DNA of 63,911 nucleotides, counting the filler, from Licmophora abbreviata (taxonomy: Eukaryota), in the NCBI GenBank assembly GCA_900291995.1. It is 19 parts of 19 records of this genome, joined end to end, with 100 filler letters (N's around TTAATTAATTAA, not from the genome) between each part and the next. Parts side by side here need not be neighbours in the genome. Positions count along the whole stretch, not along the records: positions 34,449 to 41,682 come from OLMU01005001.1; positions 41,783 to 43,699 come from OLMU01005002.1; positions 43,800 to 45,916 come from OLMU01005003.1; positions 46,017 to 47,857 come from OLMU01005004.1; positions 47,958 to 51,100 come from OLMU01005005.1; 14 more parts are not named here. One strand, 5' to 3'. Positions 39,941 to 49,444 of this stretch are shown here, one piece after another; within the stretch, counting starts at the first letter, position 1; each line of letters opens with the position of its first letter. The notes below the pieces were generated by a model. That model was not told the DNA's origin. It saw nothing but the letters and a program-made list of their open reading frames with translations, and did not search any database. The position numbers and the translations under genes were made by a program.

Positions 39941-40227
39941 TCCGCCATATCGTCTTCTTCACCGCCCGCGACGCCGCCGATCTGGACCGCATCCGCGCCG
40001 GGCTCGAAACGCTGGCCACCATCCCCCATGCGCGCCATTTCGAAGTCGGCCGCAACCTGCATGCCGACCGGCTGACCGGCGCCGAGGTGGATTTCGTGGT
40101 CTATGCCGAGTTCGACAGCGAGGACGATCTGGCCGCCTACAAGGCCCATCCGACCTATGCCCGCGCCATCGAGATCGTCAAACCCCTGCGCGACATGCGC
40201 ATCGCCGCCGACATCGTCGCCTCCTGA
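39937..40227 (+). CDS. Dabb-family (stress-responsive alpha-beta barrel) protein
   Basis: MIRHIVFF...YKAHP...D; start overlaps the hisE stop. Confidence 0.85.
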   Translation: MIRHIVFFTARDAADLDRIRAGLETLATIPHARHFEVGRNLHADRLTGAEVDFVVYAEFDSEDDLAAYKAHPTYARAIEIVKPLRDMRIAADIVAS

Positions 40228-40285
40228 AGCGCCCCGCCACCGGGCCTGCACGCGGCCCCCCGCAGACGACCAGACCACCGGCGCG

Positions 40286-40361
40286 GTTTCTTCTGGCCGG
40301 AAATATCCCGGGGGAGACGTTGAAATCCCAAAGGATTTCAATGGCGGGGGCAGAGCCCCCA
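40286..40361 (+). repeat. 76-bp structured intergenic repeat (REP/MITE-like), copy 2
   Basis: Matches 23858-23933; between convergent genes. Confidence 0.85.
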
Positions 40362-40388
40362 TCTTCCCTACCCGACCAACCCCCGGCC

Positions 40389-40868
40389 TCACAGTTTCGA
40401 CGAGATGACCCCGGTATTGAACCCGCCCATGCGCAATTCGCCGAACAGGCGCTGATATTCGATCTTGGGGCACCGGTTCATCACCACATCGACGCCACGC
40501 GCAGCCGCCGCCTCGGCGGCCTCGTGGTTTTCGACACCGATCTGCATCCATACCGTCTGCAGATCGGGAAAACAGCCCAGCGCCTCCTCGACGATGGGCG
40601 GCACATGCTCAGAGCGGCGGAAGATATCCACCATATCCACCCCGCCCTCGATCTCGCTCAGGCTGGCTTTCACTTCGGCGCCGAAAACCCGCTCTCCGGC
40701 ATGGCCGGGATTGACCGGCACCACCTCGAACCCCTTCAGGCTCAGATAGCGCGCCACGTAATAGCTGGGCCTCACGGGGTTCATCGACACGCCCACCACC
40801 GCCACGCGCTTGGTGCGGGTCAGGATGTCGCGCAGGAAGGCATCGGAATAATCATGGCTCATGGACAT
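40389..40868 (-). CDS. CoA-binding protein (YccU-like)
   Basis: VAVVGVS.NP.RPS, VPVNP, DMVDIFR, VWMQIG, VMNRCPKIE. Confidence 0.92.
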   Translation of the reverse strand: MSMSHDYSDAFLRDILTRTKRVAVVGVSMNPVRPSYYVARYLSLKGFEVVPVNPGHAGERVFGAEVKASLSEIEGGVDMVDIFRRSEHVPPIVEEALGCFPDLQTVWMQIGVENHEAAEAAAARGVDVVMNRCPKIEYQRLFGELRMGGFNTGVISSKL

Positions 40869-40892
40869 AACCCTACCCGGCTTTGCGGAAAG

Positions 40893-40922
40893 AAAAAAGC
40901 GCCCAAGGAATGCCTTGGGCGC
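40893..40922 (-). terminator. Intrinsic terminator
   Basis: Minus strand GCGCCCAAGG-catt-CCTTGGGCGC-TTTTTT. Confidence 0.8.
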
Positions 40923-41072
40923 CAGTCGCGGAACGAGGGACAGTGAAGTGAAACACCGATGTTCCGTATCGGCGCTTCTGGTATTGAGGTAGGAAGCATT
41001 GGGCCAAAATAAAGAGGCGCGGCGTTTCGACCCGGTTCACATTCTCGCGACCATCGCATCAGCACAGGCCTC

Positions 41073-41405
41073 TCAGTCGAAAATATCCTCGACCACATCC
41101 CAGATCTCGCTCAGCACCTTGCGCCCCAATGATTTGCGCCGCTTGACCGGCTTGCGCCTTGCGCGCTCACCCAAGGCCAGACGGCGCTCTTCATCCCAGT
41201 CCACCTGCACCTTGCGCCGCGCACTGGCCATCCCCGCGCCCGTGGGCCGTCCGATTTTTTTCCGGCCATCATCCTGTTGCGGCATGAACTTCATGTCATG
41301 CAGCGGCGCGCCGCAGGCCGAACAGCTCAATTCATGCCGGCCCTGATCCAGAACCAGCGCGGCGCGCGTGCCGCAATAATTGCATGTGGCGATTTTCGGT
41401 CCCAT
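41073..41405 (-). CDS. Small zinc-ribbon protein with basic C-terminus
   Basis: CNYCG...CSACGAPL; RKPVKRRK...EIWDVVEDIFD. Confidence 0.75.
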   Translation of the reverse strand: MGPKIATCNYCGTRAALVLDQGRHELSCSACGAPLHDMKFMPQQDDGRKKIGRPTGAGMASARRKVQVDWDEERRLALGERARRKPVKRRKSLGRKVLSEIWDVVEDIFD

Positions 41406-41424
41406 GGGTCTCCGGCAGTTTGCG

Positions 41425-41682
41425 TCAGCGTCTCGATGCATATAGGGCGACAGCCGCCGCATTTGAGACGTTGAGCGATCCGAAATCGCCCGAAAAGGCG
41501 ATTCGCACCAATTCGTCGCAGGTTTCCCGGGTCTTTTCGCGCAATCCCGGCCCTTCGGCCCCCAGCACAAGCGCCACCGGACCCTCCCTGCGGCCCTCCA
41601 GCGCCTCTTCGATGGTCCGCTCCGCCTCGCCCGCCAGCCCCAACACCACATAGCCCATGCCCTGCAGCGCCTCGATCGCGCG
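41425..41682 (-). CDS. rlmB: 23S rRNA Gm2251 methyltransferase, C-terminal fragment
   Basis: SpoU motifs [10 protein letters not shown] and [13 protein letters not shown]. Confidence 0.85.
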   Translation of the reverse strand, partial: RAIEALQGMGYVVLGLAGEAERTIEEALEGRREGPVALVLGAEGPGLREKTRETCDELVRIAFSGDFGSLNVSNAAAVALYASRR

Positions 41683-41782
41683 NNNNNNNNNNNNNNNNNN
41701 NNNNNNNNNNNNNNNNNNNNNNNNNNTTAATTAATTAANNNNNNNNNNNNNNNNNNNNNNNNNNNNNNNNNNNNNNNNNNNN

Positions 41783-41848
41783 TGTGGCAGGGGACTGTAA
41801 CTCCCTCGCGGAGACGCACGCTAGGTTCGATTCCTAGGTCGCCCACCA
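41783..41848 (+). tRNA. tRNA-Tyr (GTA), 5' end lost in spacer
   Basis: Anticodon loop CTGTAAC, long variable arm, T-arm CTAGG-TTCGATT-CCTAG, 3' ACCA. Confidence 0.9.
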
Positions 41849-42110
41849 TTCTCTTTTTTAAAATCAAACCTCTGATAATAAACACAAAAATCGGCTAATT
41901 CGGTTGCACCTTTGGGAATCGAATAGACCAATTGCGACGGCACATCAAAAATTACAAAAGACTAAAAATTTATTAAATTACTGAAATGGCTATAAAATAC
42001 TGAGTCGTCCGAACATTTGGAGCGTGAGGCGTTGGTTAGCTTTGAATGTGCGCGCCCTCAATAAGACATCTAATTGATGTACGTTAGGCTCGTAGTAAGG
42101 TCTTATGGCT

Positions 42111-43568
42111 TTACGACCCTTTAAGACCAAGGGCGCAGATTAGTTTAATTCCGAGGAAATGCTCCAAGCTATTTTCTCCAGAGAAACGTTCTTCATTAAG
42201 CCTAGAAATCGCTTGTCCAACTGCGACTTCCCAAGGCTTTTGCGAACCCGTTATTCCAATAAGAACGTTTCTGAGACTCTTTAGCGGGAACTGCTGTCTA
42301 TTCCAGTCACTGCGTTTAAATGCGACTGCATCCTGGTATCGAGGGTGTTCGCCACTCACGCTAATCCATTTATTCAATCCAAGTTTTAGCTGCTCCCAAT
42401 CTGTTCCTAACTCACATAACACGTCGTCAGTCAGAATTAGGTTTTCAGCCGATCTACAATTCAACCGACATCGCGTAACAGCGCCCACATCGTCAATGTC
42501 ATATGGACTATCATCTCTGTCTCGGACCGAAAAAGCTTTTGCGTCATCATATACACTCCTCATAAGTTCATCTGCAAAACGTTCATATTCATTAAGAGTA
42601 TGAATATTGCCCGTAACACATGGGTAAATTCGAATCCTTCCCTGAGACCGACGAACTGCCGCCTGCCAAATCCGCTCGTCATCTTCTCCTTCGACAAAAA
42701 GTGGCGGTCTGTTATTAAACACGTTTGACAATGGGTGCGCTCCAAACATCGGCAACACATCTTGGATGGGCCCGTTCGCATTCCGAAAGCTCACAGCCTT
42801 TTCGCCGAAATTTTTTAACCCCACACGTACATCTGCCCCGGAAGAACAAAGGCTAGAAAGGATTGTTGTACTGTGCGTAGCCAATATCGCCTTACCATTG
42901 GAATCGGCGATGCTTGAGACGAGTAGCTTCATCAAACGATCCTGCAGGTCTGGATGCAGATGAACGTCTGGTTCATCGAGCAACAGCCAATTTTCCTGCT
43001 GCGCAAATTTCTCTTGGCAAGACACGTGACGGAAGGAGAGAATTTCAGCTGCCAAACTTATTAACTCGGCTTCTCCGCTGCTAATTTCACGAGATGACGC
43101 TTTTCCTCCATCCGACTTTCTAACAATGTCAAATCCTGCAGTGTCAGAGCGCCTAAGCATAATTCTGTCCAACACTTCGTTAATCTGATCAATCTCGGTA
43201 TCAAAGCAGAAGTCGGAATCCCTGATTTCTCGGTTCGCTTCTATCTTTCGAAGTACAAGGGTCTCCAAATTACGAAATTCAGAGACACTTGATTGCCGAA
43301 AATTGTTGTATTGATTTTTTCGCCTTTGCTCAGGGAGCCAAGCGGCGTTGTGAACACGTTGCGTTTCAAGACCCCCGTCAAAGACGAGTTCTCCGCCACG
43401 TTCAGGAGTTATATATTTGATACAAGCACCCGTGCCGGAGAGTTTTGTATCCATAAGCCTGAGCAAAGTACTTTTGCCCGATCCATTTTTTCCGAGCAAA
43501 ACGTTAATTTGGCCGTAACCAGATAAGCTGTTCTCATCTCCAAGCTCGATCAAGCGGTTGAACCTCAC
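42111..43568 (-). CDS. Fused ABC-type ATPase-TOPRIM nuclease (OLD/PARIS-like), candidate anti-phage protein
   Basis: Walker A GKNGSGKS, signature ISSGE, Walker B/D-loop LLLDEPDVHLHP, H-loop ATHS; TOPRIM FVEGEDD, DRD, SAENLIL. Confidence 0.85.
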   Translation of the reverse strand: MRFNRLIELGDENSLSGYGQINVLLGKNGSGKSTLLRLMDTKLSGTGACIKYITPERGGELVFDGGLETQRVHNAAWLPEQRRKNQYNNFRQSSVSEFRNLETLVLRKIEANREIRDSDFCFDTEIDQINEVLDRIMLRRSDTAGFDIVRKSDGGKASSREISSGEAELISLAAEILSFRHVSCQEKFAQQENWLLLDEPDVHLHPDLQDRLMKLLVSSIADSNGKAILATHSTTILSSLCSSGADVRVGLKNFGEKAVSFRNANGPIQDVLPMFGAHPLSNVFNNRPPLFVEGEDDERIWQAAVRRSQGRIRIYPCVTGNIHTLNEYERFADELMRSVYDDAKAFSVRDRDDSPYDIDDVGAVTRCRLNCRSAENLILTDDVLCELGTDWEQLKLGLNKWISVSGEHPRYQDAVAFKRSDWNRQQFPLKSLRNVLIGITGSQKPWEVAVGQAISRLNEERFSGENSLEHFLGIKLICALGLKGS

Positions 43569-43865
43569 ATTTAAGTTTTTACTGCTCCAACCTAAACCAA
43601 AGGTCTTCGCGAAGTATACTGTTGCAGTCTCAACCAGCAGAAAAGCTTCAAACTCAATGCGAAAGTTGAAATATTAGCCATTAAATTCATTGCGTTACAN
43701 NNNNNNNNNNNNNNNNNNNNNNNNNNNNNNNNNNNNNNNNNNNTTAATTAATTAANNNNNNNNNNNNNNNNNNNNNNNNNNNNNNNNNNNNNNNNNNNNT
43801 CTGACAAAACAAGGGGGTATACCGTGGCCAGAGCATTTGACTTTTTTGACCCAAATAGGGAACTG

Positions 43866-44099
43866 ATGGTCTTCTTGTCCCTCCAAGACGCTGTTGCGAG
43901 GACAAGCCTCAGTCGATCCACCATTTACCGAAAGATGGAAGAAGGGGCATTTCCACAATCAGTCAATCTTGGTGGTCGGCGTGTAGCTTTCATCGAAACG
44001 GAGATTGACAACTGGATGCAAGAAAAAGTCTCCGCAAGGGAAGATCAAGCAGGATTCCCTATAGCGGAATCGAAGTGTACGAAGCGTGCAAAAACGTAG
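43866..44099 (+). CDS. alpA: AlpA-family regulator / recombination directionality factor
   Basis: LSRSTIYRKMEEGAFPQSVNLGGRRVAFIETEIDNW; next to attR. Confidence 0.9.
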   Translation: MVFLSLQDAVARTSLSRSTIYRKMEEGAFPQSVNLGGRRVAFIETEIDNWMQEKVSAREDQAGFPIAESKCTKRAKT

Positions 44100-44162
44100 T
44101 AGAATTGTAGTAGAGATGATGGAAATATGTATATGTATTTGATTTTAAAGAGTGAGTGATCA

Positions 44163-44179
44163 CTAGGTCGCCCACCATT
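44163..44179 (+). repeat. attR: duplicated tRNA-Tyr 3' end
   Basis: Identical to 41834-41850. Confidence 0.9.
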
Positions 44180-44293
44180 ATCCCCCCTCCAAGACAACTG
44201 AAATTCCATCGCACAGCACCGCTTTGCACCCTTCTGCCCGCGCGCCATCCCTTCTATACTCCTCCCAAGGCGGAACCGGGCAGAGTGTGTGTG

Positions 44294-45370
44294 ATGGCCA
44301 AAAAGGCAGCGAAGGCGACAGTGGCGAAACGAAAAACCGCCCCGGCGAAACCGAAACCCGTAGCGGCGAAACCGAAACCCGTCGCCGACCGGCCCTTCAA
44401 TATCGTGATCGTCGGACAAGGCGGACGCCTGCAATACGAAGCCGTGATCTTCGCCGCCTCCCTGAGCACCCATTCGCCCGATTTCAAAGGCCGCCTGATC
44501 GTGGCCGAACCTCAGCCCGGCCCGAAATGGAAGGACGATCCCACCATCCGCGGCGACGACACCCGCGCGCTGCTGGCGGAACTGGACGCCGAGATCGTGC
44601 CCTTCACCTCCCGCCATTTCGGCCAGTCCTACCCTTACGGCAACAAGATCGAGGCGCTGTTTGCCCTGCCCAAGGGCGAACCCTTCGTGTTCTTCGACAC
44701 CGACACGCTTGTGACCGGCGACATCACCACCGTGCCCTTCGATTTCTCTCGCCCCACCGCATCGCTGCGCCGCGAAGGCACATGGCCCGAGATCCAGCTC
44801 TATGGCCCGGGCTACACCGCCACCTGGAAATCCCTCTACGACAAGTTCGGACTGGATTTCGACAGCTCCCTCGATCCCGCATGGCCCGATGAATTCTGGC
44901 GCCGCTACCTTTACTTCAACGCCGGGTTTTTCTTCTACGACTGCCCGCATGTCTTCGGCCAACGCTTTCTCGACTACGCCCTTGCGATCCGCGATGATGC
45001 GCCACCCGAACTGATCTGCCAATCGCTCGATCCCTGGCTCGATCAGGTGGCGCTGCCGCTGGTGATCCATGCGCTTGGCGGCGGGCGCGACACCTTGCCT
45101 TCCGGTCTGCTGGATGGCGCGGTGACCTGCCATTACCGGCTCTTTCCGCTGCTCTACGCCCGCGAATCCGACCGCGTCATCGAGGTGCTGGAAGAGGTAA
45201 CATCCCCCAACCGCATCAAGAAGGTGCTCAAATCCTATGACCCGGCCAAGTTCATGATCTACCATGGCCGGGGCCGCAAGGTCCGCGCGCTCTTCGATCA
45301 GGACGACCTGCCGCGCAAGGAACAGGCGATCCGCAACACGATCAAGCGCAACGGCTTCTGGATGCGCTGA
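44294..45370 (+). CDS. Conserved hypothetical protein, GT-A glycosyltransferase-like
   Basis: YGNKI...FVFFDTDTL (DxD), YFNAGFF, WLDQVAL, CHYR; Lys/Ala-rich N-terminus. Confidence 0.65.
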   Translation: MAKKAAKATVAKRKTAPAKPKPVAAKPKPVADRPFNIVIVGQGGRLQYEAVIFAASLSTHSPDFKGRLIVAEPQPGPKWKDDPTIRGDDTRALLAELDAEIVPFTSRHFGQSYPYGNKIEALFALPKGEPFVFFDTDTLVTGDITTVPFDFSRPTASLRREGTWPEIQLYGPGYTATWKSLYDKFGLDFDSSLDPAWPDEFWRRYLYFNAGFFFYDCPHVFGQRFLDYALAIRDDAPPELICQSLDPWLDQVALPLVIHALGGGRDTLPSGLLDGAVTCHYRLFPLLYARESDRVIEVLEEVTSPNRIKKVLKSYDPAKFMIYHGRGRKVRALFDQDDLPRKEQAIRNTIKRNGFWMR

Positions 45371-45583
45371 AGCGGTCCGCGAAAATCGGCGGCTCGGGGT
45401 GTTCGCAAAGCGCTTCAGGGGCGCGGGCAAACATCCTCCCGCCCCGGCACATCCCTTGCGAACGCCGTTCCTGTCCGGCGCGCCACACCCAAACAGTGTT
45501 CCACCCCTCTCGTGGCCAGTTGTGACACTCCCGGCAATGCCCTACACATTGCGCCAAGCAATTCCCGAGGGAGGACAATCCAC

Positions 45584-46955
45584 ATGGCTTACGGTTTCGA
45601 CACATTGCAAATCCATGCCGGCGCCCGGCCCGATCCGGCCACCGGTGCCCGCCAGACACCCATCTACCAGACAACCGCCTACGTGTTCCGCGATGCAGAA
45701 CATGCCGCGGCGCTCTTCAACCTGCAGGAAGTGGGATATATCTATTCTCGCCTGACCAACCCGACCGTCGCGGTGCTTCAGGAACGCGTCGCCACGCTCG
45801 AGGGCGGCGCAGGTGCCGTCTGCTGCTCGTCGGGCCATGCGGCGCAGATCATGGCGCTCTTTCCGCTGATGGCACCGGGCTGCAACGTGGTGGTGTCCAC
45901 CCGGCTTTATGGCGGCNNNNNNNNNNNNNNNNNNNNNNNNNNNNNNNNNNNNNNNNNNNNTTAATTAATTAANNNNNNNNNNNNNNNNNNNNNNNNNNNN
46001 NNNNNNNNNNNNNNNNCAGTTCAGCCAGACGATCAAGCGGTTCGGCTGGTCGGCGACATTCGTCGATTTCGACGATCTCGCGGCGGTCGAGGCGGCGGTT
46101 GATGACGACACCCGCGCGATCTTCTGCGAATCGATCGCCAATCCCGGCGGCTATATCACCGATCTCGACGCGATCTCCGGGATCGCCGACAAGGTGGGCC
46201 TGCCCCTGATCGTCGACAACACCTCCGCCACGCCCTATCTGTGCCGCCCGATCGAGCATGGCGCGACGCTGGTGGTGCATTCGATGACCAAGTTCCTCAC
46301 CGGCAACGGCACCGTGACCGGCGGCGTCGTGGTCGATTCGGGCAAGTTCGACTGGTCCGCCAGCGGCAAGTTTCCGTCCCTCTCCGAACCCGAACCCGCC
46401 TATCACGGCCTGAAATTCCACGAGACATTCGGCCCTCTGGCCTTCACCTTCCACGGCATCGCCATCGGCCTGCGCGATCTGGGCATGACCCTGAACCCGC
46501 AAGCCGCGCATTACACGCTGATGGGCATCGAAACCCTGTCCCTGCGGATGCAGCGCCATTGCGAAAACGCCGAACGGATCGGGGCTTGGCTCGAATCGCA
46601 TCCGGCGGTCGATCACGTGACCTATGCGGGCCTGAAATCCTCGCCCTATCACGACCGGGTCGCGCGGATCTGTCCGCGCGGTGCCGGCGGGCTCTTCACC
46701 GTGGCCCTCAAGGGCGGCTATGACGCTTGCGTCAAGCTGGTGGACAGCCTCGAGCTCTTCTCGCATGTGGCCAATCTGGGCGACACCCGTTCGCTCATCA
46801 TCCACTCGGCCTCGACCACCCACCGCCAGCTCACCCCCGAGCAGCAGAAATCCGCGGGCGCCTCGCCCAACGTGGTGCGCATCTCCATCGGGATCGAGGA
46901 TGCCGACGACCTGATCGCCGATCTGGATCAGGCACTGGCCAAGGCGGGCGGCTGA
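45584..46955 (+). CDS. metY: O-acetylhomoserine aminocarboxypropyltransferase/sulfhydrylase, split by spacer
   Basis: TPIYQTTAY, YIYSRLTNPT, VDNT, HSMTKFL PLP lysine, ANLGDTRSL. Confidence 0.9.
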
Positions 46956-47141
46956 CGGGTCAAACCGGCCCGGTCACCCGCGCATCGTGCAGCGCGTCAC
47001 ACATCACCGGCGCCGCCTCCTACCGGGGCGGCTCCGGACCGTCCCGCGCAGAATCCTTTCCCTCGGCGGGAAGCTGCTGTAGAATCTCGTTGCTGAGGGA
47101 CGGACTCCCAAAGGCCCTGACCCGATGCTAGTGCAGTACAA

Positions 47142-49313
47142 ATGAAACCGAATTTCGCCCTGACTCTCTCTTTCGACGGCATCGGCCTGTTGCACCGGGC
47201 CGGAGCGGGCTGGCACTCCGTTGGCGAGGTTTCGCTCGACAGCTCCAACCTTGCGACCAAACTGGCCGATCTGCGCGCCCTTGGGCTGGCACTCGATCCG
47301 TCGGGCATGACCACCCAACTGGTGATTCCCGACGAACAGATCAAATTCCTGTCCTTTTCTGCCGCGGATGCCGACCACGACGCGCTGGAACAGGCCGTGC
47401 GCGACAATCTCACAGGGGCAACCCCCTATGCGCTCGAGGATCTGGTCTATGACTGGACGCTCGATGCAGGACAGGTGCATGTCGCGGCCGTCGCCCGCGA
47501 AACCCTCGCCGAAGCTGAGGAATTCGTCAGCACCTACGCCTTCAATCCGGTCAGTTTCGGGGCCAATCCCCGCTCAGGGCAATTTGCCGGCGCTCCCTGG
47601 TTCGGCAAGACCGCGCAGGCGGGCCAGCACATCCCCGAGGGCGAGGCGCTCGATCCCGACACCGCCCCGATCCATGTGCTCGGCCCGGCGCCCCCGCCCC
47701 CTTCGGATGATGCCGATACCGCCGACATCCCGGCCTTTGACCCAGCCGACAGCGCCGCAACACCCGCCCTTGCCGACACAGCCCAGTCCGACGCCGACAC
47801 CGCGCCAGACCTCGACGCAGCACAGGCACCTGACGCGGCACAAATACCCGACGAAACNNNNNNNNNNNNNNNNNNNNNNNNNNNNNNNNNNNNNNNNNNN
47901 NTTAATTAATTAANNNNNNNNNNNNNNNNNNNNNNNNNNNNNNNNNNNNNNNNNNNNCAGCGCATGACCATCTTCGGCGCGCGCGAGCCCGTCGAAATCG
48001 GCGGCAAGCCGCGCTATCTGGGCCTGATCCTCACCGCCCTCCTGCTGCTCTTCCTGATCGTCGTGGCCGCCTGGGCCTCGGTCTTCGCCGAGGACGGCAT
48101 CGCCCGGCTCTTCCGCGGCGCGCCCGAACCGCAGATCGCCGAAGTCCCCAAACGCCCCGATCCCGCGCCCTCGCAATCACAATCGCAACCGGCCCCCACC
48201 GACCTTGCCGCCCTGCCCGACTCAGACCCAGACGCCGACGCGCCCACAACCACCGACACCTCGTCCCTCACCGCGCGCCCCGACCCGACCGAGCTTTCGC
48301 CGGACGAGGCGCTGGCCCGCTATGCCGCCACCGGTATCTGGCTCATGGCGCCCGACGCGCCCTCCGCACCGGGCCTCATCACGCTCGACGATTTCTACCA
48401 GACCTCGATCGACACGCAGGTTCGCTCCTCGGATGCGGTGGCCCTGCCCGACATGCGTAGCCTCCGGCACGAGGCGCGCCCCCAGACCCCCGCCGCTCCG
48501 GCCCCCGCCGGCACCCGCTTCACGGTGGATGAGCGCGGGCTCGTCGTCGCCACGCCCGAGGGCGCGCTGACACCCCAGGGCGTGCGCGTCTTTGCCGGCC
48601 GGCCCGGCCTGACCCCACCGGCCTTGCCCGACCGGCCCACCGCCATCGCCAGCGCATTGCCCGAGGCCGAAACCGCGCGCCTTCTGGGCGTGCGCCCGCA
48701 ACTGCGCCCCGACACGCTGGCCGAACAGAACCAGCGTGCCTCTCTGGGGGCCGGTGGACGCAGCCTAGCCGAACTTGCCACCCTGCGCCCCCGGTTGCGG
48801 CCCCCAAGCGCCCAGCAGGCCGCCCAGCAAACCGCCCAGCAGGCCGCAGCTGCGACGCCCAATGTCGATCCCGATGCCGTCGCCGCCGCCTTGGCCGAGG
48901 CCGCCTCGGAACCCGATCCTTTCGCCACGGCCACGCCACAGGCGGTCACCGCCTCGCTCAAACCCAATCCGCGGCCCAATAATTTCGACCGCACCGTCGC
49001 CCGCACCCGCGAGGCCGAACAGGCCACGCCCGTCGCCGCCAATCAGCGCATGGCGCCAAGCGCGCCCACCGCCACCACCGTGGCCCGCGCCGCCACCGAC
49101 CAGAACGTGATCTCGCTGCGTCAGGTCAACCTGATCGGCGTTTACGGCACCCCCACCAACCGCCGCGCCCTGGTCCGTCTGGCCAATGGCCGCTACGAAA
49201 AGGTCAAGGTGGGCGACAGGCTCGATGGCGGGCAGGTCGCCGCCATCGGCAATGACGAGCTGCGCTATCTCAAACGCGGCCGCAACATCGTGCTCAAGAT
49301 GCCGCGCGGCTGA
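47142..49313 (+). CDS. Large bitopic membrane protein with PilM/GspL-like N-domain and PilP/GspC-like C-domain (split by spacer)
   Basis: N: ATPYALEDLVYDW...VHVAAVARETL; TM LGLILTALLLLFLIVVAAWA; C: NLIGVYGTPTNRRALVRLANGRYEKVKVGDRLDGGQV. Confidence 0.6.
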
Positions 49314-49444
49314 TCCGGTCCACACACCCCGCACCGCCGTAAAAAACCGCCGCCGCATTGCGGCATTCCGGCGAAGTCTCTACGCTTGGCTCGAACACGG
49401 CAGCGGCCATTCTGCCGCTCGCCACCCTGCAAGGCGCATTGCAA

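Larger units (their letters stand above)
41834..44179. mobile_element. Genomic island integrated at the tRNA-Tyr 3' end (internal gap; no integrase visible)
   Basis: 17-bp direct repeat CTAGGTCGCCCACCATT at 41834-41850 and 44163-44179; sharp GC drop between them; AlpA gene. Confidence 0.9.

Noticed and set aside
46990..47130. Possible tRNA or structured RNA after metY
   Set aside because: No cloverleaf, T-loop or CCA; probably the promoter region of the next gene
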